Both the position numbers and the translations under genes were made by a program. The notes beneath the pieces were generated by a model that did no database searches, was not told where the DNA came from, and was given only the letters and a program-made list of their open reading frames with translations. DNA of 64,000 bases from an uncultured delta proteobacterium (GTDB taxonomy: Bacteria > Myxococcota_A > UBA9160 > SZUA-336), in NCBI GenBank assembly GCA_963704165.1, contig CAVPHD010000004.1:502800-566799 (forward strand), given 5' to 3'. Each line of letters starts with the position of its first letter. Position 1 is the stretch's first letter. Of this stretch, positions 62,535-64,000 are shown one piece after another.

Positions 62535-63284
62535 GTGGACCTCGGACTCCGCGGCAGGACGGCGATCGTCACGGGCGGCGCCTCGGGCATCGGCCTCGAG
62601 ACGTCGCGCGTGTTGGCGCGCGAGGGCGTGCGGATCGTGATCGCGGATCTCGACCCCGCGCGCATCGCGAGCGCGCGGTCGGAGCTGGAGAAGATCGGCG
62701 TCGAGACGGCGGGCGTGGAGACCGACGTCTGCCGCTACGCGGACTGCGAGCGACTGCTCGGTTCGACGATCGACCGCTTCGGCGACGTCGAGATCCTGGT
62801 GGCGAGCGCCGGAATCAACCGCGAGGACTTCTTCCTGAAGCAGCGGCCCGAGGACTGGCGCGCGCTCCTCGACGTGAATGTGATGGGCGTCCTCCACGTG
62901 AACCACGTCGTCGGCGCACACATGGTCGAGCGCCGAGCCGGAGCGATCGTGAATCTGGGATCCGAGGCGGGCAAGGTCGGAGAGAAACGCATGGTCGCCT
63001 ACTCGGCGACGAAGGGTGCGGTGATCGCGTTCACGAAGGCCTTCGCCACCGAAGTCGGCCGCGCGAACGTGCGGGTGAACGCGGTCTGCCCCGGCGTGAC
63101 CCGAACGCCGATGACGGCGAGCATGAGCGACGAGATCCGCGAGCGGGCGGCACGGCTCTACCCGCTCGGCCGGCTCGGCGAGCCCGCCGACATCGCGTCG
63201 ATGATCGTCTTCCTGGCCAGCGACCAGGCGAGCTGGGTGACGGGGCAGGCCTTCAGCGTCTCGGGCGGGTTCGGCCGCTCCTGA
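62535..63284 (+). CDS. SDR-family oxidoreductase (3-oxoacyl-ACP reductase-like)
   Basis: TGGASGIGLE Rossmann motif, NAG, catalytic YSATK; 249 aa. Confidence 0.88.
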   Translation: MDLGLRGRTAIVTGGASGIGLETSRVLAREGVRIVIADLDPARIASARSELEKIGVETAGVETDVCRYADCERLLGSTIDRFGDVEILVASAGINREDFFLKQRPEDWRALLDVNVMGVLHVNHVVGAHMVERRAGAIVNLGSEAGKVGEKRMVAYSATKGAVIAFTKAFATEVGRANVRVNAVCPGVTRTPMTASMSDEIRERAARLYPLGRLGEPADIASMIVFLASDQASWVTGQAFSVSGGFGRS

Positions 63285-63397
63285 GGGCGCAGATCCGGCG
63301 CTCCTGTCCACGAGAGGACGCGGCCCTCGCGCGGTCGAGATCTTCCGCTGAACCTCCTCACGCGCTCCGCCGATACCAGAGCTACCGAAGCTCACCA

Positions 63398-64000
63398 TGG
63401 CGGAACCAAGCACGGCATTTCCGAGCACGCTTCTGCGACAGCGCTTCGAGCGCGCTCGCAGCCTGCCGATCGCGGCCCAGGTGCGCGAGTGCGTGGACTA
63501 CCTGCAGAACCCCGAGGTTCTGATCGAGGAGTTCATCGACGCCTATACCGCGGTCGAGAGCTGTTGCGATCCCGCGGACCAACGCTTCTCGGTGTGCACG
63601 CCCGCCGACGCCTCGGCCAAGGAGCGCAAGGCGTCCCTCGACCAGCTCTTCGGGAAGGGGATGGTCTCGGTCTTCGACCTGGTGCCCTACGAGTTTCTCT
63701 GCGTCGCGCGCGACGTCTCTTCAGTTTCCCGGAGCCTGGATCTCAAGCGGCCTCGCGCGGACGGGCTCGACTACGTGGGTCGGATCGTCGGTGAAGAACC
63801 GCTCGCGGTGATCGGCGTCGCGGAGTACGGCGAGGAGACCTCGCCGTACGCGCTCTTCCTGCGCTTGATCACGTGCCTGTCGGAGCTCGCGCCGGACGCC
63901 CAGCTGCGCGCGGCCGATGAAGCCATCTTCAAAGGCGGGCTCGGCGCCGAGCCCAAACTCGACCTGCACCTGCTGCTTCGGGAGTCGGAGGACGAGGTCG
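63398..64000 (+). CDS. hypothetical protein, 3'-truncated by window end
   Basis: ATG 63398 with continuous frame to the window end (MAEPSTAFPSTLLRQRFERARSLPIAAQVRECVDYLQNPEVLIEEFIDAY...). Not in the ORF track because no stop is reached. Confidence 0.4.

Overview
This is a 64 kb, roughly 70% GC bacterial chromosomal segment. The gene content suggests a deltaproteobacterium or myxobacterium-like organism (inference): PhaR, an MJ0042 zinc-ribbon/DUF3426 protein, FliA plus PilZ, and a Cys plus Arg-rich C-terminal sorting tail on a secreted protease. No tRNA or rRNA genes, CRISPR arrays, IS elements or prophage were recognised.

Main blocks, in order:
- Positions 1-9.7 kb, minus strand: a classical dcw (division and cell wall) cluster, mraZ-rsmH-ftsL-ftsI-murE-murF-mraY-murD-ftsW. 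Almost every junction is a 4-nt GTGA/ATGA overlap. A GTGGG-N5-GTGGG MraZ-box-like repeat and a 14-bp inverted repeat sit upstream of mraZ.
- Positions 9.9-14.7 kb: HDAC-family deacetylase, NAD-dependent epimerase, PlsC-like acyltransferase, secreted S8 protease.
- Positions 14.7-17.7 kb, minus strand: phaR, a small ORF and two tandem ArsA/GET3-family ATPases, translationally coupled.
- Positions 17.8-22.2 kb: MJ0042 zinc-ribbon protein, tatA, phosphomannomutase/phosphoglucomutase, CysZ/EI24-like protein, small alpha/beta hydrolase.
- Positions 22.2-24.0 kb, minus strand: the most novel-looking locus, described below.
- Positions 24.2-43.2 kb: Ppx/GppA, ATP-cone/2-phosphoglycerate-kinase-like kinase, M48 protease, BchI-like AAA+ plus VWA pair, SppA, trmB, rlmN, PPP phosphatase, acyl-CoA dehydrogenase, MltD-like lytic transglycosylase, alpha-methylacyl-CoA-racemase-like CoA transferase, DUF2779 nuclease, carotenoid oxygenase operon.
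- Positions 43.2-53.2 kb: a striking block in which nine consecutive genes carry frameshifts, while the small apaG inside it is intact.
- Positions 53.2-64.0 kb, intact again: DUF5916 outer-membrane protein, ettA, paired acyl-CoA dehydrogenases, CorC/CNNM, fliA-like sigma factor, PilZ, SDR oxidoreductase.

The most novel-looking locus is a three-gene, translationally coupled operon on the minus strand at 21.6-24.0 kb. Its first gene encodes a ParA/MinD ATPase fused to a C-terminal CBM48 (AMPK-beta-type) glycogen-binding domain. It is followed by an uncharacterised partner ORF and a small hydrolase.
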